Of a stretch of DNA of 53,474 bases, positions 35,638 to 45,467 are shown piece by piece. The notes under the pieces were generated by a model. The model did no database searches. It saw only the letters and a program-made list of their open reading frames with translations, and was not told the origin of the DNA. The position numbers were made by a program, and so were the translations under genes. Source of the stretch: a virus. Taxonomy: Duplodnaviria > Caudoviricetes. Where the stretch lies: IMG/VR virus record IMGVR_UViG_3300021519_000014, positions 1 to 53,474 of that record; one strand, 5' to 3'. Numbering within the stretch: position 1 is the stretch's first letter; every line of letters begins with the position of its first letter.

Positions 35638-37872
35638 TTAGCTGCTCCGGGGGACAGTGGAGTTGATAGGTGATCCGGGGCGGATGAACTGCCGCGCCAG
35701 ATACGGGTTAAGAGGTCGTGGGTTCTGCGTGGGGGCGGCAGGCGTCGGGTTAGACGGTGTTGGCGCTTCAAGGCCGTCCCAACCAATTGAAGAATACGCA
35801 CCCCGTAAGAGTTCAAAACAATGCCGCGCGCCGACGTGGGCGCCTGCGCCGCTGCGTAGGAATTGCGCGTAGGTTTGGGTTCCGCCGTACCCGCTGCCCC
35901 CGACCAGACCTGTGTAGCCCACTACTTGCCCCCCGGAAACGACAGAGGTAGCAGTGGCACCCGTGCCGGCGCCGCCGATAGCTATCTGATTTCCGTTAGC
36001 CCAGCTATTGCCGGGGTTGGTGATAATGATGTCAACCACAGACCCCCCAGACACTACGGCGTATCCTTCTGCCTGAAAACCGCCGCCCGTCCCCACATTT
36101 GCGTTCTGGCGCATGCCAAAACCAAAACAATATCCGCTGGCGGGGCCCGTAGGGGGTGCTGAAAGGGTCGCGCGAAGAATGGTTCGTTGAGGCGCAGTTA
36201 TCGAGGTGTCCAAAACCGAAAAGCCGGTGATTGTTGGCGGCGAGCCGCTGCCGTCAGTAAACTCACACCCGTAATAACCTTGAATACCTACCAAACCGAT
36301 GACGTCACCCGTTTGATTAAAGTTCAAGGCGTATTGCGCGCCGATATCAAAATCAAAAGTGGTTGCGCCAGACTGCCAACAGTTATTAACTGCGGGCGTT
36401 ACCATACCGCCCAGAAAAAGGTGGTCAGCGATATCTTCGGCTATAAGCTCGCCTTCCCATAGATAGTTAAGGTTGGACTTGTGCGTGCCGTCTTGATTAT
36501 CGGTCTGCGTTCCCCCTCCGACTAAACAAACGCGTTCGTCGGCCATGGCAAGCCCGAGTTGCGCTTGCGATTGGCCGAACTCAGTCATGAAGTCGTCTGG
36601 CGCTACGGAATCCTGTCGCATGAACAGCATGACTTTTTCTGTCTGCCCTGTAAGACGCGGCAACTCTTCATTCCAGATATCTAGGAACCGAGAGCACATG
36701 AGCTGGTACCGCAATGTCTGCGTGATGCCCGCGTTGGCGTTGCCGTGGACTTGAATGAAGCCCCGAACAGCAACTCGCTTGCCGATGCTGGCCCCCCACG
36801 CCACTGCGCGTTCCACATTCTGCTTTAGTGCTTCACCATTAAAAGTGCCGGGGCCTAGTTCGGCCAGCGTCTGTCCTTGGACACCTTGCGTAATCACAGC
36901 TTGATGAATATGCCGTCCCGTCGCCTCATAAACCCTATCATGGAGACGTCCGAGCATCCGCACCCAGCCTGTCTCGCCTGAAGGGTTAATGCCGATAGAA
37001 AAGATTTGTTCGTATGCGTTCACCATTGAGGACCAGTAGTCGCCGTAGGGCACAACACCCACACTCGGCATCCAGCAATAAGGGTACCAACTCATTCCGG
37101 AGGCCACTGTCTGGTCCGTGTAGACGACCGGATTGATGAGGCCGCCGCCAAGCGTCAAGGACTGCCCGAACACAATATACAGCCACACGGTATCACCCGT
37201 GGTGGTGACACGCATCGGGGTTTGGAGCTGATACGAGCTGTCGTATTGCGCGGCAATTTGCGTGGCCTGCGACAAACCCCCCTGCGGAGGAGCTTCTCCG
37301 AGAATCGTCCCGTCGGCATTTAAAAACCACGGCCCCCTGAAGCCGTAGCCGGGCCAGTCGTCTAACACATTTCTATTGGCTCCGGTCGCCTGCAGCGCGG
37401 CAATTTCCTCGTTCGTCGTCTGCGCCGACCAGATCAATTGGAAGTTTGCGTCCAACAGCGCGACATCGGGGCCGACATACGGAGCCACGAAGCCCGGCCA
37501 ATCGTCAGTCAAAAACTCTTGATTAAGCGCCCCCGCCGCCGCCGTTGCGGCTATGCCGGCGGAAACATCGCTTGCTGCCGCCGAAATTCCCGAAGCATCA
37601 GCGGACGCCTGCGAGGCGTTGGCTGATGTCTGCGCGGCGCCAGCGGACGCCTGCGAGGCGTTGGCTGATGTCTGCGCGGCGCCAGCAGAAGCCTGTGCTG
37701 CGGCTGCCGCCGCCTCGGCTTCCGCTACATATGGGGTAACTTCCGAGATGTTGTACGCGCCGATTTGCGCGGCCGTTACTTTAACCGATACTCCTGCCTG
37801 AACAGCTTCAAGTTGTTCGCTACCACTCAGGGCAATCGCTGCAGGTAGATTCGGTATCTGAATGTTGCTCAT
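35638..37872 (-). CDS. Tail spike / receptor-binding protein with SGNH-hydrolase-like esterase domain
   Basis: N-terminal anchor and Ala-rich stalk; IVFGQSL, GVQGQT, VHGNAN and DGTH blocks. Confidence 0.65.
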   Translation of the reverse strand: MSNIQIPNLPAAIALSGSEQLEAVQAGVSVKVTAAQIGAYNISEVTPYVAEAEAAAAAAQASAGAAQTSANASQASAGAAQTSANASQASADASGISAAASDVSAGIAATAAAGALNQEFLTDDWPGFVAPYVGPDVALLDANFQLIWSAQTTNEEIAALQATGANRNVLDDWPGYGFRGPWFLNADGTILGEAPPQGGLSQATQIAAQYDSSYQLQTPMRVTTTGDTVWLYIVFGQSLTLGGGLINPVVYTDQTVASGMSWYPYCWMPSVGVVPYGDYWSSMVNAYEQIFSIGINPSGETGWVRMLGRLHDRVYEATGRHIHQAVITQGVQGQTLAELGPGTFNGEALKQNVERAVAWGASIGKRVAVRGFIQVHGNANAGITQTLRYQLMCSRFLDIWNEELPRLTGQTEKVMLFMRQDSVAPDDFMTEFGQSQAQLGLAMADERVCLVGGGTQTDNQDGTHKSNLNYLWEGELIAEDIADHLFLGGMVTPAVNNCWQSGATTFDFDIGAQYALNFNQTGDVIGLVGIQGYYGCEFTDGSGSPPTITGFSVLDTSITAPQRTILRATLSAPPTGPASGYCFGFGMRQNANVGTGGGFQAEGYAVVSGGSVVDIIITNPGNSWANGNQIAIGGAGTGATATSVVSGGQVVGYTGLVGGSGYGGTQTYAQFLRSGAGAHVGARHCFELLRGAYSSIGWDGLEAPTPSNPTPAAPTQNPRPLNPYLARQFIRPGSPINSTVPRSS
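37599..37686. repeat. 42-bp tandem duplication in spike stalk
   Basis: cagcggacgcctgcgaggcgttggctgatgtctgcgcggcgc twice (GAAQTSANASQASA). Confidence 0.9.
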
Positions 37873-38372
37873 GTCAGCGGACCTGTCTCGGGGACGTCGG
37901 TGTTGTTGTACGGCAGCCCCGGATCGTCGTTACCCGGCGCGTTGGGGTCGGTGCCCGGCTGCTCGTTGAGACTGCCCGGCGCCGCGCCCGTCTGTTGCGT
38001 GACGCGAGTGTCGTCGTTCTGCGTGATGCGCCCGTCGTTGCCGGGGATCGGAATGCCCGTCCAGAAGTCGACCGTGTCCTGACCGCTGGTCGTGCGCCGC
38101 GTCGTGGACGCCGCCGCGAAATCCTGCACACGCGAATTCATGATCGGCACCGGATCCGCGGGGATCACGATGGCGCGAAGCTGCTGTTGCTGGTCATCGT
38201 TACAGGTACGGCAGACGAGAACGCGCGTGTTCTGCAGCGTCGCGCCTCGCCAATCCATTTGCCACTCAAGGGCGTTATGGTTGTAGCGAAAGCCGCAGCG
38301 ATCACAGATTGCATGCGCAGCCGGCGATGACGGGCTAGTGCGAGCGCGGCCAGAACGGGATGCGTAGCCCAT
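37869..38372 (-). CDS. Late-region protein with CxxC...CxxC motif
   Basis: AICDRCGFRY...VCRTCND. Confidence 0.7.
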   Translation of the reverse strand: MGYASRSGRARTSPSSPAAHAICDRCGFRYNHNALEWQMDWRGATLQNTRVLVCRTCNDDQQQQLRAIVIPADPVPIMNSRVQDFAAASTTRRTTSGQDTVDFWTGIPIPGNDGRITQNDDTRVTQQTGAAPGSLNEQPGTDPNAPGNDDPGLPYNNTDVPETGPLT

Positions 38373-38380
38373 GGATCACC

Positions 38381-39073
38381 TCACGGCCGGTAATAGCCGA
38401 AGATCTGCGGAGAAATATACTGCTGCGCCTGCTCGATGTTCTGTTCTGCCGCGATCTTGTAAGTCTCGTCAGCGACCGCCTTGAGGCCCACCGCGACCTG
38501 CGGGTTCCATACCTTGGCGAGCCTGTACGCGAGCCCGTCGGCGAAGGCTTCGAGCCAGAGATACGGGATCTCGGCCGTCTGCCCGCTTGTGAAGGCCGAA
38601 TCCTGCAGGCGGCGCACGCGGTAGTATTTCAGCGTCGTCGTGCTGGCGCCGTCCGGCACCGGCCACAGCGTGACGGTGGGGTTGATCAGGCGGTCGAACC
38701 AGAAAGACGTGGGGAAGCCCTGCTGCTCCTTGTTCGGGTACGTCGCGTACTCTGAGCGGCTGACGGGCATGATGATCCGGTCGATGTTCGAGCCGCTGCT
38801 TGACGTCACCATGTAGGCGTCGAGGATCATCACCGTGTTGGCGTCGACCGCATACGTCGAGACGCCCTGCGTCACGGGGGTCGTCACGAGGTCGACAGCC
38901 CACAGGTTGACGCCTTGGTTCGACCACGTCGCCAGCATCATGTTCGTAGCCATGCGGGCGCTTTGCATGTGCTCCTGCACGAGCGACGTCGGCCTGATCT
39001 GGCAGAGGTTGAACGCGTAGAGCGTCAGCTCGCCGAGGGAGGGGTCGAAGGTGTAGGTGGAGCTGGTGGTCAT
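38381..39073 (-). CDS. Head-tail connector/adaptor-like protein
   Basis: MTTSSTYTF...WSNQGVNLW...SRSEYATYPNK..QGFPT...LWPVPD; ATGA overlap. Confidence 0.65.
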   Translation of the reverse strand: MTTSSTYTFDPSLGELTLYAFNLCQIRPTSLVQEHMQSARMATNMMLATWSNQGVNLWAVDLVTTPVTQGVSTYAVDANTVMILDAYMVTSSSGSNIDRIIMPVSRSEYATYPNKEQQGFPTSFWFDRLINPTVTLWPVPDGASTTTLKYYRVRRLQDSAFTSGQTAEIPYLWLEAFADGLAYRLAKVWNPQVAVGLKAVADETYKIAAEQNIEQAQQYISPQIFGYYRP

Positions 39074-39975
39074 ACGTTTGCACCGACAGAAGTTGCCCAC
39101 GCCTGAATGGCGTTATATTGCGCCAGTTCCTGCGCGCCGGAGAGCGGGCCACCGACCACAACGAAACCGACAGAGGACGCCCGGAAAGAGGCCGCCGTGC
39201 CCGCGTTGTTGAGCGCCCCAATGTAGACGGACCGCGTCGGCGCCAGCGCCTCAACAGCTGCCGCCGTACCGTTGGCCAGCGCCACGCCGCGATTATACAT
39301 CTGTACCGTTAAACCGCCGTTCGCGCGGCTTGCGGTCTTGAGGCCGCGACTGTCGGTTGTGGCGAGCGTGAAGTTTAGTGTCGCGCAGTTCGCGCGGGCA
39401 GTGGCAAGCAACGCGTTCCGACAATTGACGACTGACAGCGCGCGCGTGGTGGTGTCCAAAGTGCCGGCGGAAACCCCCGCCGAAGACACATGTGTGCGCT
39501 CGTAGGCGCCGATGCGCTGGTCTGTGCCTGTGCAGTTGAAACCGTCAAGCGAGGGCACGAATCCTGTGTCGATGTACTGCGTCGTTCCGTTGAAGACGTA
39601 GCCCCTGTCTGTCGTAAAGGTCGGCGTGGCCACGGGTGTAGCAAGGCGTCGTTGCTTCAGGCTGGTCAGTGCCTGCGCTGCGTTTTCAGCCCACAGCGAA
39701 CAGTAGTCGTCAGTCAACCACCATGCGCCAGACGCCATATCGGAGGTTATGAACTGACGAATGATCACCATGCGGTTCGCCGACACGCTTCCGCCGTTGG
39801 CAACCACGGCGGATCCGTACAGGTCAGCGATGCTGTTCACCGACGTCGTACCGAACGTCGTGAGGCCATCGCCGTACAGGTCGCGGCCGTTTGCGTTGAG
39901 GGTCAGCCTGTTCGCGCCCAACGTCAGGCCGCCGCCTACTCCGAGGCCTGCGCCATCGTTAGAGAACCCGACCAT
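39070..39975 (-). CDS. Virion protein, possibly LamG-like (301 aa)
   Basis: FNGTTQYIDTGF motif; T/G/A-rich. Confidence 0.6.
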   Translation of the reverse strand: MVGFSNDGAGLGVGGGLTLGANRLTLNANGRDLYGDGLTTFGTTSVNSIADLYGSAVVANGGSVSANRMVIIRQFITSDMASGAWWLTDDYCSLWAENAAQALTSLKQRRLATPVATPTFTTDRGYVFNGTTQYIDTGFVPSLDGFNCTGTDQRIGAYERTHVSSAGVSAGTLDTTTRALSVVNCRNALLATARANCATLNFTLATTDSRGLKTASRANGGLTVQMYNRGVALANGTAAAVEALAPTRSVYIGALNNAGTAASFRASSVGFVVVGGPLSGAQELAQYNAIQAWATSVGANV

Positions 39976-39984
39976 TCAGGAAAC

Positions 39985-40638
39985 TCACTTCGGCACCGCG
40001 CTCGCCTGCAAGAACGTAGACGTCACGGTTCCCGTGCCGCTGTTCAGGAGGACGCGCGCGAATACCGGCGTGAAGTTGTAGTTGGTCTGCTGCGTCGTAG
40101 TTGCGCCCACGACGTTGATGTCGGAACTCGAAACCCATGTCATCGTCGCAGGGGTCATGGTGGCTCCGGGTACATTCGGGTCGTCCAAGGTCTGCTGGAC
40201 AGTGTAGTTGACCGTTCCGCTGACCGTACACTGGATCGCGACGCCGTGGGGCGCGTAGTCGTCGAGGCGCACCCACGGGCTGGCGGCTACTCCGTTCGTT
40301 CCGATGGATAGGTTGCCGGTCAGCGCCGCGCTGCAGTAGGCGCTCGTCACGGTCTTGTAGTCAAGGACGGACGCCACGGTGCTGGCATTGACCAGCGTCA
40401 CCGTCTCCGAAATCAAATCGCCGGCCCAGTTCGTGCCCGCCAGCAGGATGGTCTTCGTCGTCTCGTTGGCCGTCGTCGTGAACAGGACGCGGCGCGCGGC
40501 GTCAAGGATTGCGACACCGGCCGTGACCAGCGAGCCGTTCAGCGTCAGGTTGCCGGCGCCGGCGACACCGGACGCTGTGCGGATGTTGGTGGCGCTCGCG
40601 CTGGCGAGGGGGCCAACGGTGACAGTAATCGGGCGCAT
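39985..40638 (-). CDS. Virion structural protein (217 aa)
   Basis: T/A/V-rich; AGGAG RBS. Confidence 0.65.
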   Translation of the reverse strand: MRPITVTVGPLASASATNIRTASGVAGAGNLTLNGSLVTAGVAILDAARRVLFTTTANETTKTILLAGTNWAGDLISETVTLVNASTVASVLDYKTVTSAYCSAALTGNLSIGTNGVAASPWVRLDDYAPHGVAIQCTVSGTVNYTVQQTLDDPNVPGATMTPATMTWVSSSDINVVGATTTQQTNYNFTPVFARVLLNSGTGTVTSTFLQASAVPK

Positions 40639-40649
40639 CTACGAGGCTC

Positions 40650-40925
40650 CTAGCATTTCACGTCCCACTTCTTCAGCGCAAGGTTGATGCGGCTGTTCGG
40701 ATCGTGGGCGGTTTTTGAGGAAGTCAGCTTTTCCTTCATCCCGCACATGCGGGCGCGGAAGCTGTCGCGGCGCGCGGCGGACGCCGGGCTGCCCTTGGCC
40801 TGCTCCGCGGTGACGGGCGGCTTGATGTTGTATCCGGTGGCGCGCAGAGACGCCCGGCCGGTGGCGTTCAAGCCGCCTGACGGGTTCTTTCCCTCGCGAC
40901 GCTGCCATGCCGGTGTGCGGGCCAT
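40650..40925 (-). CDS. DUF6321-like small basic protein
   Basis: GKNPSGGLN..GRAS...SFRARMCGMK...DPNSRIN..LKKW. Confidence 0.7.
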   Translation of the reverse strand: MARTPAWQRREGKNPSGGLNATGRASLRATGYNIKPPVTAEQAKGSPASAARRDSFRARMCGMKEKLTSSKTAHDPNSRINLALKKWDVKC

Positions 40926-40936
40926 CAGGCACCTCG

Positions 40937-40964
40937 AAAAAGAGGACGGGGGCCGAGGCCCCCG
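40937..40964 (-). terminator. Putative Rho-independent terminator
   Basis: cgggggc-ctcg-gcccccg followed by tcctcttttt on - strand. Confidence 0.6.
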
Positions 40965-40971
40965 CCGTAGG

Positions 40972-41271
40972 TCAGCAGCTGCTCTGCTTGCTGCTGCGGC
41001 CCCGAGCGGGGGTACCGCTATGAGCCGAGGAGAGCGGGTTCATGTTCGAGCCCGCGCGTCCGCCGCTCTTGCGAGGCATGCGGCCGGCGTTGAGCTTGGA
41101 CATCTTGCCCTGCATCTTCACGGTCTTGCCGCCGCGCTTGCGCTCTTCGGCGGCGTCCGTGACATCGTCGGCGCCGGGACCGTTGTACTTCCCGTTCTTC
41201 CGACTGAGGTCTTCCTTGTAGGCGGCGACGCCGCCGCCGGCTTCACGATTTTTGCGATGACGAGCCTTCAT
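40972..41271 (-). CDS. Small basic GG-motif protein (99 aa)
   Basis: AAGGAGG RBS; REAGG, RKRGG and RKSGG motifs. Confidence 0.65.
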   Translation of the reverse strand: MKARHRKNREAGGGVAAYKEDLSRKNGKYNGPGADDVTDAAEERKRGGKTVKMQGKMSKLNAGRMPRKSGGRAGSNMNPLSSAHSGTPARGRSSKQSSC

Positions 41272-41282
41272 GGCCTGCCTCC

Positions 41283-42314
41283 TTACGACGGGTTGACGGC
41301 GATGCCGCTGGTGGCCGCCGTAACGGTGCCGCCATCGACGTAGATCTGACCCAGCGAATTGGCGTCGGTGCCAAATTCGGAGATGCCGACGAGAGTGCAG
41401 TCCTTCATCAGCAGCAGGCCGCCAGCCGAGGCCGGGAGCGTCGCGAGGGCGCTCATGGTCGTCGAGGTCGACTTGATGTTGTTGATGAACGTGCAACGGT
41501 CGAACTTCTGCCAGCGATCAATGCCAGCCGCAGCCGCCACGATGATGCCCAACGTGGTAGCCGAGCTGGTCTGGAAGCTGAAGTTACAGCCCCTGAACGT
41601 GTTGCGCGCGGTGCCCCCGGAGAACGAGAGCGTGGCGTTTGCGACAGTGCGCGTCACGGTGTCGAGGCCAAACTCGCAGTCGTCGAAGGTATTCTCGCCC
41701 GTGCTGCCGCTGATCAGCAGCGAACGGCTCGACGTCGACTGAGCCGAGGCCGTGTCGCCCGCACCACCGAACATGACGTTCGAATAGTAGTTGCGACCGC
41801 CGCTGTCGGTCCACGCGATCTGGCTGGCGCCGCCGGTCGAGAAACCGTTGAACACCGAGAAGTTCGCGAAGATGCATCCCGTCGCCGACACCGTCACGAA
41901 ATTGCCCGACCCGAAGGTCGCCATCGTGTAGGTGCCCGTCGGCGGCGCGATGCGAGCGCGCTGGCTGACCATGGTCGGAGCGCACATGCCCACGATGTGG
42001 CATGCGTTCTTCGACCAGACGAGCGTGCCGGCGGTAGCCGTCGAGTCGAGAACCTGCGCATTGGCCAGCGACAGGCGCTGGGTGGCGGCGGTCCCGCCGT
42101 CACCGACGATCACGGCCACGTCGTTCTGGCCTGCCGTCATCTTGTAGTGCGCTCCGTAGAGCGTCTGGAGGGGGCTGTCTGCCGATCCGGTGTTGCCGTC
42201 GCTTCCGTTGACGTAGTCAACGAAGAAGACGCTGCCGGTGGTCAGCGGGAGGCCGGACATTCCCATGGTGGGAATGCCGGCTACCGCCAGCCCGCTCAGG
42301 TGCGTAATACCCAT
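41283..42314 (-). CDS. Capsid-associated fibre/decoration protein, beta-helix-like
   Basis: FFVDYVNGSDGNTGSADSPLQT motif; repeated F-x-x-C-x-F rungs; follows the capsid gene. Confidence 0.6.
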   Translation of the reverse strand: MGITHLSGLAVAGIPTMGMSGLPLTTGSVFFVDYVNGSDGNTGSADSPLQTLYGAHYKMTAGQNDVAVIVGDGGTAATQRLSLANAQVLDSTATAGTLVWSKNACHIVGMCAPTMVSQRARIAPPTGTYTMATFGSGNFVTVSATGCIFANFSVFNGFSTGGASQIAWTDSGGRNYYSNVMFGGAGDTASAQSTSSRSLLISGSTGENTFDDCEFGLDTVTRTVANATLSFSGGTARNTFRGCNFSFQTSSATTLGIIVAAAAGIDRWQKFDRCTFINNIKSTSTTMSALATLPASAGGLLLMKDCTLVGISEFGTDANSLGQIYVDGGTVTAATSGIAVNPS

Positions 42315-42329
42315 GGTGAGCGGCTCCTA

Positions 42330-43244
42330 TCAGGTGGTCGGGAAGGATCCGAAGATCGAACGGAAGTTGTAGTACCCGAACGAGTACCTCTCGTAGCCCT
42401 TCACCAGCAGGTTGTCGGTGACGAAGTCGACCTGCATGTCCGTTTCGAACTTGATGCGCTCCATGTAGGAGAGCCCGTCGATGTTGGTCAGCAGGAACCA
42501 CGCGTAGGACGACGTCAGGAAGTCGTTGACCATGTAGCCTTCGGGCATACCGCCCGCCGTCGACATGATCGCGTTGACATCGTTGTCGGCCGTGCCGGGG
42601 CGCAGTTCCGTCTTGGTCAGGCGGATGGCGACCGGCTCAAGCTGCGGCGGCACGATGAGCTTCCGGGCGCGGGCGAAGACCTTGAGGCCCGCCTGATCCT
42701 TGAAGTTCGTCCGCACCGAGATCATCGCGTTCAGCAGCGACGCCTCGTTCAGGTCGACCTGAACCGCAGGCTTGTTGGCTACCGTGCCGCCGTCGATGGG
42801 GTGATCGGTGGCACAGAGTGCCTTGCCGTCGCCGCCGATGGAGGCATTGTAGGTCGTCGCCGTGTTCAGGATGTTCGCGCCGTAGATTTCCTTGGTCTGC
42901 TGAAAGCTTTCGATCAGGCCGAGGTTCGACGGGTGGAACTGCGTCTTGTACAGGTTGTCGTCGATGGCCTTGCGAGTGATCGCGTAGCCAAGAGCGATTT
43001 CCGTGTGCTCCTGATTGTAGACGAAGCGTTCGCCGGCGGCGTTGTCGAAGGCGGTCTGGCCGCCTTCGGTCTTCAGCTGGGCGAGCCCGAGGTACCGCAT
43101 TTCGGCGGTGCGTTCGAGAGCCATCTTCGAATCGTGCTTGGTGAAGATCTTGTCGTACTGAGACGGGATCATCTCGTACTTGCCCTCGACGCCACGCAGG
43201 CCGGGGAGGAGCAAGTCCTTGATGGCGGAAAGATTAACAGCCAT
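42330..43244 (-). CDS. Major capsid protein (Mu gpT-like family)
   Basis: 304 aa; LLPGL, ALGYAITRKAIDDNLY, KLIVPPQL, AWFLLT, KGYERYSFG; strong RBS and codon bias. Confidence 0.88.
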   Translation of the reverse strand: MAVNLSAIKDLLLPGLRGVEGKYEMIPSQYDKIFTKHDSKMALERTAEMRYLGLAQLKTEGGQTAFDNAAGERFVYNQEHTEIALGYAITRKAIDDNLYKTQFHPSNLGLIESFQQTKEIYGANILNTATTYNASIGGDGKALCATDHPIDGGTVANKPAVQVDLNEASLLNAMISVRTNFKDQAGLKVFARARKLIVPPQLEPVAIRLTKTELRPGTADNDVNAIMSTAGGMPEGYMVNDFLTSSYAWFLLTNIDGLSYMERIKFETDMQVDFVTDNLLVKGYERYSFGYYNFRSIFGSFPTT

Positions 43245-43257
43245 TGGTCATTACTCC

Positions 43258-43887
43258 TTAGCTGATGCCGGTCGGGCCGGCGCCATTCGAGCGCAGCCAC
43301 TCGTTGTTGAAGCCGACGATGACCTGATTGTAGGCCGTGGTCGGATCAGCACCGGGGGCGCCCGGAGGGGCGGCGATCAGACCTCGCACGATGAACGGGA
43401 ACGTCGCCGTGGTGTTGGCGGTGTCGAGATACGCGCCGGACTGGCCGGTGCTCGCGTCGCCCGTGCCGATGGCGAACTGGGCGTACTGGCCGACCTTTGA
43501 GCTAGTGACCGTGGTCAGCGTGCCCGTGATGTTGAAGGTCGTGCTGGTGCCCATGACGATGAACTGCGCGTTCGGGTCGTCAACGATGTACGCCTCGATG
43601 TCGCCGCTGGCGTCGCTGCCGGGCCAGTAGCTGTTCCACACGGTGCGCTTCTGCGAAACCGAGAGGTACTTGCAGCCGACGAAGATGCCGGCGAGCGTGG
43701 TGGTACCGGCGGCGCCCTGCGTGATGTAGCCGTTCGCGGTCGAGATGACCGGCATCACCGGGTCGCCCGAGTAGATCGGGGTGCTGTTGGTGGACGCGAT
43801 CACGCGGGTCGACTGCGCGAAGGTGGGAGCGCCACCCGAGCCGCCGTAGTACTGCCGGAAACCGAAGGGCGAGTTCGTGTTCGCCAT
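43258..43887 (-). CDS. Capsid decoration/cement-like protein
   Basis: MANTNSPFGF...IYSGDPV...GIFVGCKY...VDDPN; directly before the capsid gene. Confidence 0.6.
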   Translation of the reverse strand: MANTNSPFGFRQYYGGSGGAPTFAQSTRVIASTNSTPIYSGDPVMPVISTANGYITQGAAGTTTLAGIFVGCKYLSVSQKRTVWNSYWPGSDASGDIEAYIVDDPNAQFIVMGTSTTFNITGTLTTVTSSKVGQYAQFAIGTGDASTGQSGAYLDTANTTATFPFIVRGLIAAPPGAPGADPTTAYNQVIVGFNNEWLRSNGAGPTGIS

Positions 43888-44025
43888 ACCGGAAACTCCT
43901 TTGTGAAGGAAGGTCCGCTAGCGTCCCGAGACGTTGCAAGAGCCGTGAAAATTGAAGCCTCACACCGAGGAGGCAGGATGTATAATGCGCCAAGACGGCG
44001 GCGGGCTTCAACTTGACATACTGAC

Positions 44026-44053
44026 AATAAAAAAGGGGGCCCTTCGGCCCCCT
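44026..44053 (-). terminator. Rho-independent terminator
   Basis: gggggcc-gaag-ggccccc followed by ttttttatt on - strand. Confidence 0.8.
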
Positions 44054-44072
44054 CTCTCACATGTGTTGAACC

Positions 44073-44654
44073 CTAGTCGTCCTTCGGAATCGGCATCGCC
44101 TCAAAACTTTTCTTGATCGAGGGCCGCGTGCGCGCGTCGGAAAATTCGCGCTCCATCGTGCCGGGGGGTGCCGCATTGAGCTGCTGCTCCTTGGCCTTGA
44201 TCTGGTTGCGCGCCTTGCGCAGGTCCAGCTCCTCGATGCGCTCGGTGATTTCCCGCGGGCGCTGCATCAGGACCATGCCCTTGCGCTCGATGGTTTCACC
44301 CTTCCAGCCGGCGGGCATCATCTCTGGATGTCGCCGGGAGGGGACGGCCTCCCACCCGGTGCGCGCGAGCGCGACCTGATACGCGGGGTCTTCCTGCCCC
44401 ATGATCGTGCGGCGCTTCCACTCGTATGTCCAACCGTCAGGTATCTGGTCGGGCGAGAAGTAGAACTCGTCGACGCCCTCGTCCATGCTGCCAAGATGGC
44501 CAAGGATTACGGCGGCGCGGCGTTTGGCGGCGGCGCGGGGGTCGTCGTCGCGCAGCTCCGGGCGCATGTCCGGGCGAACCGTCTCTTCGACGGCTTCTTC
44601 GGGGCGGCGCGTGCGGCGGCGGCGGCCGCCGGCGGTCTGGGGCAGTGTGTCCAT
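44073..44654 (-). CDS. Head-module hypothetical protein (193 aa)
   Basis: IPDGWTYEWKR...GWEAVP...GMVLM; TGATG coupling. Confidence 0.7.
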   Translation of the reverse strand: MDTLPQTAGGRRRRTRRPEEAVEETVRPDMRPELRDDDPRAAAKRRAAVILGHLGSMDEGVDEFYFSPDQIPDGWTYEWKRRTIMGQEDPAYQVALARTGWEAVPSRRHPEMMPAGWKGETIERKGMVLMQRPREITERIEELDLRKARNQIKAKEQQLNAAPPGTMEREFSDARTRPSIKKSFEAMPIPKDD

Positions 44655-45460
44655 CAGTTCAACCGTCCTTCCTTCTTGAGCGCGACTTTGTTCTTCGCGT
44701 ACTCCTCGGGGGTCATCTTCATCATGTCGGCCATCTCACGCTCCTCGGAGGTGAGACGCACCACATTGCCTCCCCGTGTTTCACGGGAAACAGGCGCCGC
44801 AGGCGGCGGCGTCGAGCGCCGCGAGGCGGACGACAGCGGCTCTTCGGCGGCGGGAGCCTTGCGGACCCCCAGCAGCCCCTCGACGTTAGCGAAATAGTCT
44901 TCGCTGTCGGCAGCGTGGCCGTCGGCCACGGTCATGTTGTGCGCCGCGATCATCTTCTGGTTCAGGCGCGGGTCCGTCACGAACTGCGGGTGCCTGCGCA
45001 CCCACTCGGCCGAGCGCGACGAGAGCTGCGAGGCAAACGCCTCGACAGGATCCGACGGGCGCGACACGGGCATCACGGGTTGCGGGGCGTTCTCAAGCGC
45101 CTGCTTGCCCTGTTCGAGCTGCAAGAGCTTGGCGGCGTGCGTCCCCATCTCCTCCTGATAGCTCGCGGCGGCGTCGTAGTCGCCGTTCGACATGGCCGCC
45201 TTGTAGTTGGCCTTGGCGATCTCGTTGCTCTGGCGCAGCGTGTCGATGGCGTTGGACACGAGGTGCAGGTTCGTCTCCTGCACCGTGCCCCGCGCCTCGT
45301 GCGCCGCGACTTCGGCGCTGTGACGCGCCGTCTCGGCCGCCTTGGCGCGAGCCTCCGCGGCCTCCAGCCTCTGCTTCAGGTCGTCGACGCCTTCCTCAAG
45401 CGTGAGTTCCTTCGGCGTCGCGTCTTCTTCGACGACGATATCTTCGTTTTCGGTGCTCAT
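44654..45460 (-). CDS. Putative scaffolding protein
   Basis: Acidic N-terminus, coiled coil, C-terminal LTSEEREMA..MTPEEYAKNK; upstream of capsid genes. Confidence 0.65.
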   Translation of the reverse strand: MSTENEDIVVEEDATPKELTLEEGVDDLKQRLEAAEARAKAAETARHSAEVAAHEARGTVQETNLHLVSNAIDTLRQSNEIAKANYKAAMSNGDYDAAASYQEEMGTHAAKLLQLEQGKQALENAPQPVMPVSRPSDPVEAFASQLSSRSAEWVRRHPQFVTDPRLNQKMIAAHNMTVADGHAADSEDYFANVEGLLGVRKAPAAEEPLSSASRRSTPPPAAPVSRETRGGNVVRLTSEEREMADMMKMTPEEYAKNKVALKKEGRLN

Positions 45461-45467
45461 TGTGTCC

